A stretch of DNA of 63,942 nt, counting the filler, from Dehalococcoidia bacterium (GTDB lineage: Bacteria; Chloroflexota; Dehalococcoidia; DSTF01; JACRBR01), in NCBI GenBank assembly GCA_041494685.1. It is 3 parts of 3 records of this genome, joined end to end, with 100 filler letters (N's around TTAATTAATTAA, not from the genome) between each part and the next. Parts side by side here need not be neighbours in the genome. Positions count along the whole stretch, not along the records: positions 1 to 30,325 come from JBGQBE010000042.1; positions 30,426 to 60,206 come from JBGQBE010000043.1; 1 more part is not named here. The stretch is one strand, 5' to 3'. Made by a program: the position numbers and the translations under genes. Positions within the stretch are counted from its first letter, which is position 1; every line of letters starts with the position of its first letter. Below the pieces are notes generated by a model. It did no database searches. It saw nothing but the letters and a program-made list of their open reading frames with translations, and was not told where the DNA came from. Shown here piece by piece: positions 29,595-40,321 of the stretch.

Positions 29595-29798
29595 CGCCGG
29601 TCACCCATCCCTGACTTCGACATGAACAGCGACTGCGACATCAACGCCGCCGGATCTCCGGTCCGTCGCCGTTGATGTTCCACGGGCGTCAGCGCGGCCT
29701 GCCCCACCCAACGCGCGACCGGTGAGCTGCCTCCCACAGGTGGTATAGTGCGCTACCCGCACGCGACGGCAAGATCCGGCCGAACGGAGGAGCGCGCG

Positions 29799-30325
29799 AT
29801 GCCCGACTCTCTGCCCAAGTTCACCGCAGCCGCCGTGCAGGCCGCACCCATCTTTCTCGACCGTGAGGCGACGATCGAGAAGGCGTGCGAGTTGATCGCG
29901 CGCGCCGGCAAGGCCGGTGCGGATCTGATCGTCTTCCCGGAGACGTGGGTGCCCGGCTATCCGTTCTGGACCTCGTCCGAGAACGCCTTCTCGGGCCGCA
30001 CGTTCACGGAGCTGTGGAAGCACTCCGTCGAGATCCCGTCGCCCTCGGCAACCCGCATGGCCGAGGCAGCGAAAGAGGCCGGCGCGTACGTGGTGATCGG
30101 CATCAACGAACGCGACACGGTGACGCGCGGCACGCTCTACAACACGCTGCTCTACTTCTCGCCCGCCGGCGAGATCATCTATCGTCACCGCAAGCTGGTG
30201 CCGACGTTCATGGAGCGCACGATCTGGGGCTTCGGTGACGGCAGCGACCTCCAGGTGCTGGAGACGCCGCTCGGACGGCTCGGCGGGCTGATCTGCTGGG
30301 AACACCAGATGACGCTGGCAAAGTA
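29799..30325 (+). CDS. Nitrilase / carbon-nitrogen hydrolase (3' truncated at contig end)
   Basis: E-K-C triad: FPET, HRKLVPT, ICWEH; GGAGGAG RBS. Confidence 0.9.
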
Positions 30326-30425
30326 NNNNNNNNNNNNNNNNNNNNNNNNNNNNNNNNNNNNNNNNNNNNTTAATTAATTAANNNNNNNNNNNNNNNNNNN
30401 NNNNNNNNNNNNNNNNNNNNNNNNN
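30326..30425. other. Artificial contig linker
   Basis: N44-TTAATTAATTAA-N44, stops in all six frames. Confidence 0.99.
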
Positions 30426-30698
30426 CGGCCCGTGAACATGGACTTCCGGTACGGCACCTCCTTCAGCTCGGACGCGCCCGAAGCGTACGAGCGCCTGCTC
30501 CTCGACGCCATGCTGGGCGACAGCACGCTGTTCACGCGCTGGGACAGCGTCGAGGCGGCGTGGACGTTGTTGACGCCGGTGCTCGACGCGTGGGGATCCG
30601 GCGACTCGCCGCTGCAGTTCTACGAGGCCGGGAGCTGGGGGCCGGGCGGCGCCGACCACCTGATTCAACGGGACGGGCGCGAATGGCATCGGATGTAA
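30426..30698 (+). CDS. zwf: Glucose-6-phosphate dehydrogenase, C-terminal fragment
   Basis: [29 protein letters not shown]. Confidence 0.93.
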   Translation, partial: RPVNMDFRYGTSFSSDAPEAYERLLLDAMLGDSTLFTRWDSVEAAWTLLTPVLDAWGSGDSPLQFYEAGSWGPGGADHLIQRDGREWHRM

Positions 30699-31810
30699 CC
30701 CCCATCGAGCGGATCACGGATGCGCCGATCGCGGTTGAACCGGGTGGCATCGAGGATGCCTTCGCGCGCATCTGGCATGAGACCGCCAGCGCCGGCGCCG
30801 ACGAATCGACGATCCACCTGCGCGTCCTGAACTTCGTCGCGGTCGCCGTCGACGACGACGGCGCCCGGCGGTTCGCGGCGGTCATGGACACGCTGCCGGG
30901 CCGCCAGCCGTGCCGCGGCATCCTTGCGGTGACGAACGCCGCGGCCGGCGCCGTGCAGGCGTCGATCTCGGCGCATTGCTGGCGCTCGGCGTCGGGCGTG
31001 CGGCACATCTGTTCCGAGGAGATTACGCTGCGTGGAGCGCAAGAGCGGCCCCTGGCGTCCGCGGTGTTGGCGCTGCTTGTGCCGGAGCTGCCGGTCGCGC
31101 TCTGGCTGATCGGCGATGCGACGGTCGGACAGGGACTCGTGAGCGAGTTGTTGGGCGCCGCGGATCGCCTGTTCATCGATACGTCCGCGTCCAGCGATGT
31201 GAGGCGCGCCCTCCGCGCCGCGCGGCGCGCCTGCGGAGCAGACGGAGTGACGGTCGTGGATCTGGGATGGGCGCGGATGGGCGTCTGGCGCGGGCTTATC
31301 GCGCAGTTCTTCGACAGCGACGACGCCCTGCGCACGCTCTCCCGGTTGCAGACGATCGAGATCATCTCCGGCGGCGCCGCGCCATCGAGTGAGGCGCTCC
31401 TGTTGGCGGGCTGGCTCGTCTCCCGCCTGGAACTGACCGTCGCCGATCTCGCGCAGCGTGCGGACGGCATCGACGCCACGCTCTACAGCGCCACGCGCGG
31501 CGTGCGGCTGAGCGTCATCGCGCGCGGCGCGCCGGGCGCGCTGCACGAAATACGTATTGGTACGGAGGCCGCGACGTTCGCGGTACAGCAGCACGACGAG
31601 AGCGGGCACATGCACGTGCGCGCGGAATGGCCGGAGGCACCAGTGCATCGCACGGTAGCGCAGCGGCCGGAAGACGACGCGTCGCTGATCGCCCAGGCGC
31701 TCGACGATGCGGATGACTGCGCCGTCTTTGAGGATGCCGCGCGGGCGGCTCTGGCGCTGCTCGGCGAGACCGACGCCGCCGCTAGAGGAAGTCCCGCAGC
31801 ACCTGCATGA
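30683..31810 (+). CDS. opcA: G6PDH assembly protein OpcA
   Basis: Overlaps zwf end; [39 protein letters not shown]. Confidence 0.85.
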   Translation: MASDVTPIERITDAPIAVEPGGIEDAFARIWHETASAGADESTIHLRVLNFVAVAVDDDGARRFAAVMDTLPGRQPCRGILAVTNAAAGAVQASISAHCWRSASGVRHICSEEITLRGAQERPLASAVLALLVPELPVALWLIGDATVGQGLVSELLGAADRLFIDTSASSDVRRALRAARRACGADGVTVVDLGWARMGVWRGLIAQFFDSDDALRTLSRLQTIEIISGGAAPSSEALLLAGWLVSRLELTVADLAQRADGIDATLYSATRGVRLSVIARGAPGALHEIRIGTEAATFAVQQHDESGHMHVRAEWPEAPVHRTVAQRPEDDASLIAQALDDADDCAVFEDAARAALALLGETDAAARGSPAAPA

Positions 31811-32657
31811 ACACCTCGAGCTGGTCGTGGTGCACCCAGTGGCCGGCGTCTTTCACCATCACCGCCTTGCAGTTGTGAAACGCGGAGGCCTTCCCGTCCG
31901 CCTCGGGATCGCCCGCCCAGCTCTCGGAGCCCCGGATCAGCAGCACCGGGCAGCGAATCTGGTTCCAGATCTCGCGCGCCTCTGCGATGTTGAACTCATA
32001 CGGAGAATGCAGGCGCACGTAGTTGTCGAACTTCCAGCTCCGCGTGCCATCATCGTTCTGCCGCATGCCGTGGCGCGTCAAATGCTGCGCCATCTCAGAT
32101 GTGAGATGCGGATTCTCCTCGCGCATACGCTTCACGGCATCTTCCTCCGTCGCGTAGCGGCGCGGCTGACGGCGGTCGAACTCCTCCAATTCGCCGATCC
32201 AGTGACGCATGCGGACCGACGCGGGCGTCGGCTCGCCGACGCGCGGGCCGAGGCCTTCGATCGCCACGATCTTGCTGACGTTCTGTGGAAAGATGCCGGC
32301 GTAGTTCAGCGTCACCGCGCCGCCGAGCGAGTGGCCGACGATCGTCAGCGGATAGCGGTTGAGCTCCTGGCCCAGCATGGCGACGTCCAGCACGAACTCC
32401 GGCATGCTGTACTGGCTGCCGACGGACCACTGGCTGTCGCCGTGGCCGCGCAGGTCGACCGCGTAGATGCAGTAGTCGCCGCAGAGCCGCTTGGCGACGG
32501 CGTCCCATGTGCGTGCGTGGTCGCGGTTTCCGTGGATGAGGAGGAGGGGTGGATTCGCTTCATCTCCCCAGACAGTGTAGTGGAGCTTGAGTCGTTGGGA
32601 GACGTAGTAACGTGAAATGGGCTCGTCGGCCAATGGTGCGCTCCTTCTCTGAGTCAC
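31782..32657 (-). CDS. Alpha/beta hydrolase
   Basis: HG, DLRGHGDS, GHSLGG nucleophile, AGHWVHHD. Confidence 0.9.
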   Translation of the reverse strand: MTQRRSAPLADEPISRYYVSQRLKLHYTVWGDEANPPLLLIHGNRDHARTWDAVAKRLCGDYCIYAVDLRGHGDSQWSVGSQYSMPEFVLDVAMLGQELNRYPLTIVGHSLGGAVTLNYAGIFPQNVSKIVAIEGLGPRVGEPTPASVRMRHWIGELEEFDRRQPRRYATEEDAVKRMREENPHLTSEMAQHLTRHGMRQNDDGTRSWKFDNYVRLHSPYEFNIAEAREIWNQIRCPVLLIRGSESWAGDPEADGKASAFHNCKAVMVKDAGHWVHHDQLEVFMQVLRDFL

Positions 32658-32739
32658 TGGGGGGAACGCTACGTGACGGGCCGCGCTTGATCAAGGCTGA
32701 CAGCGGTATCGGGAAATGCGCTTCATGCGGATGCGGCGT

Positions 32740-32783
32740 ATCACGATTGAAGGCCCGCGCATCGGCGGGCCTTCAATCGTGAT
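32740..32783. terminator. 19-bp perfect inverted repeat after the peptide-type ABC operon
   Basis: ATCACGATTGAAGGCCCGC-GCATCG-GCGGGCCTTCAATCGTGAT. Confidence 0.65.
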
Positions 32784-32797
32784 CTCGTGCTGCGCGG

Positions 32798-33718
32798 TTA
32801 GCGAGAGCCGCGGAGGCGCGGGTCGGCGATATCTCGGATGGAGTCGCCGAGCAGGTTGAAGCCAAGGACGGTGAGCGTGATGGCGGCGCCGGGGAAGAAG
32901 GCGGCCGGGACCTTCAACGGGAAGTTGTCGCGGGCCGTGCTGACATCGCGCCCCCAGGATGCGGCGGGCTCGGGAATGCCCAGGCCCAGGAAGGAGAGCC
33001 CTGCCTCCGCGAGGATGGCCGCGCCCAGCAGCGTGCTCATGATGACGATGGCCAGGGCCATGACATTCGGCAGGACGTGCCGGAACAGGATCCGCGGCGT
33101 CGACGCGCCGATCGAGCGCGCAGCCTCGATGTACTGGTTGTTCTTCTCCGACAATGCCGCGCCTCTGATGACTCTGGTGACACCTGGGATGATGCCGAGC
33201 ATGATGGCGATGACCACGGTGCGGAACGAGGGCCCCAGCGTCTGCACGATGATGAGCAGAAGCAGCAGTTGCGGGAAGGCGATCGCGGTGTCGACGACGC
33301 GCTGGGTGAGCGAATCGATGGGCCCACCGCTGTAGCCGGAGATGATGCCGAACATCGTCCCGAGAGCAGAACCACCGAGCACCGAGATGAACGCCACAGA
33401 GAGAGAGATGCGCGCCCCGTAGATGTCGCGGCTCAGGGTATCGCGGCCGAGGCGGTCAGTACCGAACCAGTGGTGCACGCTCATGCCCTCGCTGGGCTGC
33501 CCCGCGAGGTAGTTCTTGAAGTCATACGGCGCGAGCAGCGGCGCGAAGACTGCGATAAAGAGAAACGCCACAATGATCAGGAGGCCGAAGGTCCCGAGCG
33601 GGTTGCGGACCATGAGCTTGAGTGCGCCGCGAACCGTCTCGCCCACATGCCGGCTCTCGGTGCCGGCGAACAGATCCGCAGGGAGCGCCGGTGTTCCGGC
33701 GGCGACATTGTTGGACAT
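32798..33718 (-). CDS. ABC permease, DppC/OppC family
   Basis: HWFGTDRLGRD, YIEAARSIGAS, EAGLSFLGLG. Confidence 0.92.
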   Translation of the reverse strand: MSNNVAAGTPALPADLFAGTESRHVGETVRGALKLMVRNPLGTFGLLIIVAFLFIAVFAPLLAPYDFKNYLAGQPSEGMSVHHWFGTDRLGRDTLSRDIYGARISLSVAFISVLGGSALGTMFGIISGYSGGPIDSLTQRVVDTAIAFPQLLLLLIIVQTLGPSFRTVVIAIMLGIIPGVTRVIRGAALSEKNNQYIEAARSIGASTPRILFRHVLPNVMALAIVIMSTLLGAAILAEAGLSFLGLGIPEPAASWGRDVSTARDNFPLKVPAAFFPGAAITLTVLGFNLLGDSIRDIADPRLRGSR

Positions 33719-33729
33719 GCGTCAACTCC

Positions 33730-34725
33730 CTATGAGTACCGAATACGCGGATCGAACCACGCGTAGCTCACGTCGACCAGCAGGTTCAGCAGGATGACCA
33801 CGACACCCACATACAGCGCCATGCTCTGCACGACGGGGAAGTCCTTGTTGAACAGTTCGAGGAACGTGTACTGCCCGAGGCCCGGCAGGGTGAAGATCTG
33901 TTCGATGATGATCGTGCCGGCGAGCAGGCCCGCCATCTGCAGGCCCAGTACCGTCACCACGGGAATGAGCGAGTTTTTCAACCCGTGACGCAGGACGATC
34001 GCCTGCTCACGAAGGCCCTTCGCGCGTGCGGTCCGCATGTAGTCCTGCCGCATCACCTCCAAGAGCGACGAGCGGGCGAGACGCATGATGCCAGCGGCCG
34101 AGCCGAGCGCGAGGACGGCGGCAGCGGGCGCGAACTGCTGAAGATTGCCGATAGGGTCGTCGGTGAACCAGACCACCCGACCAAGCGGCGGCGAATAGCC
34201 CCAGAGCGACACGGGGATGATCAGCACTAGGGTCGCGACCCAGAAGCTGGGGACCGAGAGGCCCAGGATGGACGTCAGCCGGACGACGTAGTCCAGCGGA
34301 GAATTGCGGAACAACGCCGATACGACCCCGAACGGAATCCCGATGACGATGGTGAAGATCATCGTCAGCACCATCAACTCGAACGTGACCGGCAGCCGAT
34401 GGCGGATCGCGGTCGTCACGGGCTGGTGGAAGTACGTCGACTCGCCCAGATCGCCGGTGAGCACGTTCTTCAGCCAGTCACCGTACTGGCTGTGCGCGTG
34501 AACCTCCAGGAAGGGCGGCTCGGCCGCTACGTTGATAGGGAAGCGCGACTTGTCCAGCCCGAGTTCGTGTTGGATCGCCTTGATCTGCTCTTCCTTGCAA
34601 CCGAGTCCACAGCGCTGCTTGGCCGGATCCCCTGGCACGATGCTGAGCAGCGTGAACACGATGAGCGACAGGAAGAACAAGATCACGACGCCGATGATCA
34701 GCCGGCGAACAATAAACGTCTGCAT
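33730..34725 (-). CDS. ABC permease, DppB/OppB family
   Basis: PGDPA, GDLGES, DYMRTARAKGL, DPRIRY. Confidence 0.92.
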   Translation of the reverse strand: MQTFIVRRLIIGVVILFFLSLIVFTLLSIVPGDPAKQRCGLGCKEEQIKAIQHELGLDKSRFPINVAAEPPFLEVHAHSQYGDWLKNVLTGDLGESTYFHQPVTTAIRHRLPVTFELMVLTMIFTIVIGIPFGVVSALFRNSPLDYVVRLTSILGLSVPSFWVATLVLIIPVSLWGYSPPLGRVVWFTDDPIGNLQQFAPAAAVLALGSAAGIMRLARSSLLEVMRQDYMRTARAKGLREQAIVLRHGLKNSLIPVVTVLGLQMAGLLAGTIIIEQIFTLPGLGQYTFLELFNKDFPVVQSMALYVGVVVILLNLLVDVSYAWFDPRIRYS

Positions 34726-34750
34726 AGGCCGCGGGCCCCAACCCCTTCTC

Positions 34751-36496
34751 CTACTTGTCCAGGTAGGCGGTGCTTAGGAACAGGCCCGATGCCGTGCCGA
34801 GGTTCACCGGGATGTTCTTCACATACTGCTGGTACAGGGTGTAGGCGTACGGCGTGACCAGCGGGAGGAACATGGGGCCCTTCGCGTAGATCATCCGCTG
34901 CACGTCCTGGACCTTCTTTGCCTGCGCGGCCGGGTCCGTGACCGCCTTTGATTCGTCGATGGCGGCGTCGATCTCCGGGTACAGCGCGCCGAGTCCGATG
35001 GTGTAGATGTGGTTGCGCGCCGGTCCCTCGGAGTGCTCGAAGTCCAACTCGAACTCGGAGTACTCGTAGACCTGGTTCAGGGCGAGGCTCGCGTCGTACT
35101 TCAGGTTGGTGTAGTTGTCCAGCCACGTCCCGAAAGCCTGCGGATCCTTGTTGACGTTGAACCCTGCGTCCGACATCTGCTGGAGCCAGATCGGCAGATG
35201 CAGGTTGTGCTCCTCGATGATCGAGTCGGCCGGCCACATGACGGTGATGTCGACCGTGTCCTTGCCCGTCGCGGCTTTGATGAGATCCTTCGCCTTCTTC
35301 GGGTCGTACGGCTGGAGCGTCTTCAACTCGTCCGTCGGAATGGCGTAGTCGCCCAGCGACCAGTGCACGAGACCGTTGGGCTTGGCCTCTCCCTTGTACA
35401 CGCGGTCGATGTAGTCCTGGCGGTTGATCGCGTACATCGCCGCCTGCCGGATGCGGTCGTCCTTCCACGGGTCCTTGGTCGGGTTCATGGTGAAAGCGAT
35501 GAAGGTGTCGGTGGAGTCCTTGTTCACGACGTACTGGTTGCCGGAGTTCAGGCCGTTGGCGTCGTCGATGTTCTGCGCCGCGTAGGTGTCGATCTGCTGC
35601 GACTGGAAGGCCGTTCGTTGCGCGGAGCGGTCGGCGATGATCTTCGTACTGAGGTTGTCGATGTACGGCAGTTGGGCGTTGTTGTTGGTCTCGTCCTTGC
35701 GGTAGTACGCCGTGTTCCGCTCCAGCAGCGATCCCTGCCCCTCGGTGTACTTCCCGGGGTTGAGAACGTACGGGCCAGCGCCGGCCGATGCGGTCTTCAT
35801 CTTGTCCGGCGTGTCAATCAGTTCCTTGGGGACGATCATGTTGATCGGGCTGCCGATGCGGAAGAAGAAGTACCCGTAGGGCTTCTTCGTCTTGATCGTC
35901 AGCGTCTTGCCGTCCGCCGATGACACCGCGGAATCCACGACCTGGCCGACGAAGGCGTAGGCGTTGGACTGGGGCAGGTTCTTGATGCGGGTGAACGTGG
36001 CTTCCACGTCGTGGGCGTCCATCGCCCGCTGGGGTACGCCCAATTGGTTCGGACCAATCATCACGTTGTCCCGCATGGTGAAGACGTAGGTAAGGGGGTC
36101 CGGCTGCTCCAGCTTTGACGCGAGATCGTCGAACCTGAACGCGCTGGATCGAGGCGAGCGGTTGATCACCGCGTTGTAGACCTTCGGGAAGTATCCGACG
36201 CCTCCGGCGATGGAGATGTGCGGGTCGAACGTGTCGAAGTCGACCGACGTGCCGACGTTGTAGGTGCCGCCGGGCTTCGGCGTCGTGCCAGGGTTGAGAA
36301 TGTGCGCGTCGCCGGTCGGCGTGGCGCCGGCGCTCGGCGTCTTGCCGGCAGATGGCGTCGTGCTGGATGAGCTGCCGCCGCCGCACCCTACGACGATGAC
36401 GGCGCCGGCAGCGACACCCGCTACGCCCGCGCCCTGCAGCACGCGACGTCGCGATACCCGCTGCCCTGTGACTTTGTCCCAGTAACTACCGGCCAT
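34751..36496 (-). CDS. ABC substrate-binding lipoprotein, family 5, Tat signal
   Basis: SRRRVL twin-Arg plus VVGC lipobox; DPH, GAGPY, RIRQAAMYAINR. Confidence 0.9.
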   Translation of the reverse strand: MAGSYWDKVTGQRVSRRRVLQGAGVAGVAAGAVIVVGCGGGSSSSTTPSAGKTPSAGATPTGDAHILNPGTTPKPGGTYNVGTSVDFDTFDPHISIAGGVGYFPKVYNAVINRSPRSSAFRFDDLASKLEQPDPLTYVFTMRDNVMIGPNQLGVPQRAMDAHDVEATFTRIKNLPQSNAYAFVGQVVDSAVSSADGKTLTIKTKKPYGYFFFRIGSPINMIVPKELIDTPDKMKTASAGAGPYVLNPGKYTEGQGSLLERNTAYYRKDETNNNAQLPYIDNLSTKIIADRSAQRTAFQSQQIDTYAAQNIDDANGLNSGNQYVVNKDSTDTFIAFTMNPTKDPWKDDRIRQAAMYAINRQDYIDRVYKGEAKPNGLVHWSLGDYAIPTDELKTLQPYDPKKAKDLIKAATGKDTVDITVMWPADSIIEEHNLHLPIWLQQMSDAGFNVNKDPQAFGTWLDNYTNLKYDASLALNQVYEYSEFELDFEHSEGPARNHIYTIGLGALYPEIDAAIDESKAVTDPAAQAKKVQDVQRMIYAKGPMFLPLVTPYAYTLYQQYVKNIPVNLGTASGLFLSTAYLDK

Positions 36497-36702
36497 TTCT
36501 CGTGTCTCCCTTCAAGAGAAGCGTCCCCTCCAACTCGCAAGTGGCAAGTGGCACTAAAATCCACGAATACGGGCCCTGTGTCAAGCGATACATGAAGTCA
36601 TCCTCAGGATTCCCGCTTCGGGTGTATCTCGCGATTGTACCCTACCGCGGCCGTTCTGTGTCACCTAAACTTCACTTTTGTCACGATTGTCAAAGGCGTC
36701 CC

Positions 36703-38466
36703 GTGATCTTCGCCTCCCGCCTGTGGCCCTACGTCCTCCGGTATCGCTTTCGCATGTCGATCGGACTGCTCGCACTCGCAGCGGCGTCGGCGGCAAGTAT
36801 CATGTCGCCTTATGTCCTGGGGAAGGCGATCGACAGCTTCCGGACCGACCGCTCGACGCAGAAGCTGTTGCTCTTCGCGGGATTGACGATCGGCATCCAG
36901 GTCGTCGATAGCGGTCTGCGGTTCGTCACGCGCATCTTCGTCAGCGGTTCGTCCCGCAAGATCGAGTACGACCTGCGGAACGAGGTCTACGCACACATCC
37001 AATCGCTAGACCAGAAGTTCTTCCAGGACAACCAGACCGGCGACCTGATGGCGCGCGTCTCCAACGACGTCACAACCGTGCGGGAGTTCCTCGGGCCGGG
37101 CCTGATGGATCTCTGCCGCTCCATCCTGCTGTTCGTTGCCGGCCTTGTCATCATGCTCACCATCGACGTGAAGCTCGCGCTGCTGGCGATCCTGCCGTTG
37201 CCCTTCATTACGTTGCTGTTCGTCTGGGTGGGTCGCGTCATCGAGCGGCGCTTCCTGGCCGTGCAGACGCAGTTCGGTGTGCTGACCACGTTCGTGCAGG
37301 AGAACTTCTCCGGCGCGCGCGTGGTCAAGGCGTACGTGCAGGAAAACAACGAGGCCGACGCCTTCGAGCGGCAGACCGTGGCGTTCGAGAAGGCCAACCT
37401 GGCGTGGGCGCGCCTCTCGATGGCGTTGTGGCCGCTGCTGACGGTGCTCATCGGCGTCAGTACCGTCATCGTGATCTGGGTGGGCGCGCTGGAGGTAAAG
37501 CACGGCGCGATCACCTTGGGCCAGTTCGTGCAGTTCAACAGCTACATCGTGCTGCTCTCCATGCCCATGGTGAACATGGGCTGGACGCTGAATCTCTACC
37601 AGCAGGCGGCCGCGTCGATGCGACGCGTGGAAGAGGTGCTGGCGCGCACGCCCGCCGTAGTCGATGCGCCAGGCGTGCGCCCGGTGCCGGATCTGCGCGG
37701 CGGCATCGGCTTCGATCAGGTGAGCTTCGGCTACTTCAACCGGCCTGTGCTCCACGACGTCACGCTGGACGTACCGGCGGGGACGACGCTGGCGATCGTC
37801 GGGCCGACGGGCGCTGGCAAGACGACGCTGGCGAATCTCATCGCCCGAGTCTACGACGTGAAGTCCGGGCACATCACGATCGATGGACACGACGTCCGCG
37901 AGATCCCCCTCGAGCAACTGCACCGCTCAATCGCGTTCGTCCCCCAGGAGTCATTCCTGTTCTCCACGACGCTGGAGGAGAACGTGTTGTGGGGCGGCGG
38001 CGTGGACACGCAGCACATGGAACGCGCCGTTGAGCTGGCACAACTGAGCAACGACCTGCCGCAACTGCCACTGGGCTTGCAGACCATGGTCGGCGAACGC
38101 GGCGTGTCACTGTCGGGCGGTCAGAAGCAACGCGCTGCGATCGCCCGCGCGCTCGCACGCGAGGCGCCCGTGCTCATTCTCGATGATGCGCTCTCCCACG
38201 TCGACGCCTACACCGAAGAGCGGATCCTCAGCGGAGTACGCCAGTACATCGCCGGGCGTACGGCGGTGATCATCGCGCACCGGGTGTCCGGGGTGCAGTG
38301 GGCTGACCAGATCGTCGTGGTCGAAGACGGCCGTATCGTCGAACGGGGCACGCACGACGAGCTGGTTGCACGTGACGGACCGTACGCCCAGCTCGATCGG
38401 CGGCAACGGCTGGAGCAGCAACTGGAAGCGGACGACGGCGCCGGCGCCGCGGAGGCGGGCTCGTAG
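36703..38466 (+). CDS. Heterodimeric ABC exporter subunit A (TM + NBD)
   Basis: TGDLMARVSND, GPTGAGKT, LSGGQKQR, degenerate Walker B LDDAL. Confidence 0.92.
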   Translation: MIFASRLWPYVLRYRFRMSIGLLALAAASAASIMSPYVLGKAIDSFRTDRSTQKLLLFAGLTIGIQVVDSGLRFVTRIFVSGSSRKIEYDLRNEVYAHIQSLDQKFFQDNQTGDLMARVSNDVTTVREFLGPGLMDLCRSILLFVAGLVIMLTIDVKLALLAILPLPFITLLFVWVGRVIERRFLAVQTQFGVLTTFVQENFSGARVVKAYVQENNEADAFERQTVAFEKANLAWARLSMALWPLLTVLIGVSTVIVIWVGALEVKHGAITLGQFVQFNSYIVLLSMPMVNMGWTLNLYQQAAASMRRVEEVLARTPAVVDAPGVRPVPDLRGGIGFDQVSFGYFNRPVLHDVTLDVPAGTTLAIVGPTGAGKTTLANLIARVYDVKSGHITIDGHDVREIPLEQLHRSIAFVPQESFLFSTTLEENVLWGGGVDTQHMERAVELAQLSNDLPQLPLGLQTMVGERGVSLSGGQKQRAAIARALAREAPVLILDDALSHVDAYTEERILSGVRQYIAGRTAVIIAHRVSGVQWADQIVVVEDGRIVERGTHDELVARDGPYAQLDRRQRLEQQLEADDGAGAAEAGS

Positions 38467-40298
38467 TGGCGATCGCGGGGTATCACGAAGAAGACGACGT
38501 GATCGGCAAGGCGTACGACTCGCGCCTGGTCGGACGCCTCATGCAGTACATGCGGCCGTACCTGGTGCGCACGATCGTTGCGGTTCTGCTGCTGCTCGTC
38601 ACGACCGGACTCATGCTGGCGCAGCCGCTGCTGGTGCAACAGGCGATTGACCGTGATGTCTCGCACGGCACGACGGGCGATCTCTGGTGGATCGTCAGCC
38701 TGTATCTCGGCGTCCTCGCGCTGATCTTCAGCCTCCGCTACGTCCAGTCGCTGCTGATGGTCATCGTCTCGCAACGGGTCATGAACGACCTGCGCATGCA
38801 GCTGTTCCGGCACCTGCAGCGCATGTCGATCGCCTTCTACGACGCGAATCCCGTGGGGCGCCTTGTGACGCGTCTGACGAACGACATCGCGTCGCTCAAC
38901 GAATTGCTGACGGCGGGCGCGATCACCATCATTGCCGACCTGTTCATGATCGCGGGCGTGGCCGGCGTCCTGCTGTACATCAACTGGAAGCTCGCCCTCA
39001 TCACGTTCGTGATCATGCCGTTCCTGGCCGTCATCATGCGCTGGTTTGCGGTCGTGATGCGCAATTCGTTCCGCAAGCAGCGCCGGCACGTCGCCCGGCT
39101 CAACGCGTTCACGGCCGAGCATATTGGCGGCATGCTGCTCGTCCAACTCTTCGGCCGTCAGCGCAAGGACAACGAGGAGTTTCGCGACTACAGCCATCAA
39201 CTGCTCGACGCGAACATGGAGGTCGTCCACTCGTTCGCGCTCTTCGAGCCGGTAGTGGCGATTGTCAGCGCCGTGACCACGGGCATCGTCATCGTCGTCG
39301 GCGGACGCATGGTCCTGCACGGGACGCTGTCTGACGGCAGCTTCGTAGCGTTTCTGCTGCTCGTAACGATGTACTACAACCCCGTGCGTGAGATCGCCGA
39401 CCGCTTCAACATCCTGCAGCAGGCGATGGCGTCGCTGGAGCGCATCTTCACGCTGCTGGACGAGCCTGAAGGCGTGCAGGACGATGCTGACGCGCTCGAA
39501 CTTCCAGCGAAGATCGCAGGCGCCGTGGAGTTCGAGCACGTCTCGTTCGCGTACACGCCGGGCACCTGGGTGCTGCGCGACGTGAGCTTCCGCATCGAGC
39601 CGGGGCAGCGCGTTGCGTTTGTAGGCGCGACGGGCGCCGGGAAGACCAGCCTGATCAATCTCCTGTTGCGCTTCTACGATATCCAGCAAGGACGCATCCT
39701 CCTGGACGGCATCGACATCGCCCGGGCGAAGCAGCAGCATGTGCGGCGGCACATCGGCCTGGTGCTCCAGGATCCGTTCATCTTCACGGGCACCATCGAG
39801 GAGAATATCCGCCTGCGCGACGAGAGCATCGGCCCGCAGGAGGTGCGCAACGCCGCGCGCCTTGTCGGCGCGGATCGCTTCATCGACGAACTGCCCGACG
39901 GCTACCAGCACCGCCTGGTGGAGCGCGGCGCCAACCTCAGCACGGGCCAGAAGCAGCTACTCGCGTTCGCCCGCTCCGTCGCGTTCGACCCGGAGGTGAT
40001 GCTGGTGCTGGATGAGGCGACCGCGAATATCGACTCCGAGACGGAGGCGCTGATCCAGGAGAGCCTGGAGCGGCTGACCGCGCGCCGCACGAGCATCATC
40101 ATCGCGCACCGGCTGGCGACCGTGCGCGGCGCCGACCGCATCATCGTGTTGCACCACGGCCAGATCGTGGAGCAAGGCACGCACGACGAATTGCTGGCGT
40201 TGCGCGGGCGGTACTTCCGGCTGTGGCTGCTCCAGCAGCGCGACGTGCCGGCGGAGGCGGTCGCGCCGCCCACCGACACGGCACGCGGTACCGCCTGA
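38466..40298 (+). CDS. Heterodimeric ABC exporter subunit B (TM + NBD)
   Basis: PVGRLVTRLTND, GATGAGKT, LSTGQKQL, LDEAT. Confidence 0.92.
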   Translation: MAIAGYHEEDDVIGKAYDSRLVGRLMQYMRPYLVRTIVAVLLLLVTTGLMLAQPLLVQQAIDRDVSHGTTGDLWWIVSLYLGVLALIFSLRYVQSLLMVIVSQRVMNDLRMQLFRHLQRMSIAFYDANPVGRLVTRLTNDIASLNELLTAGAITIIADLFMIAGVAGVLLYINWKLALITFVIMPFLAVIMRWFAVVMRNSFRKQRRHVARLNAFTAEHIGGMLLVQLFGRQRKDNEEFRDYSHQLLDANMEVVHSFALFEPVVAIVSAVTTGIVIVVGGRMVLHGTLSDGSFVAFLLLVTMYYNPVREIADRFNILQQAMASLERIFTLLDEPEGVQDDADALELPAKIAGAVEFEHVSFAYTPGTWVLRDVSFRIEPGQRVAFVGATGAGKTSLINLLLRFYDIQQGRILLDGIDIARAKQQHVRRHIGLVLQDPFIFTGTIEENIRLRDESIGPQEVRNAARLVGADRFIDELPDGYQHRLVERGANLSTGQKQLLAFARSVAFDPEVMLVLDEATANIDSETEALIQESLERLTARRTSIIIAHRLATVRGADRIIVLHHGQIVEQGTHDELLALRGRYFRLWLLQQRDVPAEAVAPPTDTARGTA

Positions 40299-40321
40299 AG
40301 CGCCGCCGACGGTGATCGAGG

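Noticed and set aside
30326..30425. TTAATTAATTAA palindrome in N runs (also 60207-60306)
   Set aside because: Assembly concatenation linker; truncated genes and adjacencies across it are artefacts, not pseudogenes or operons
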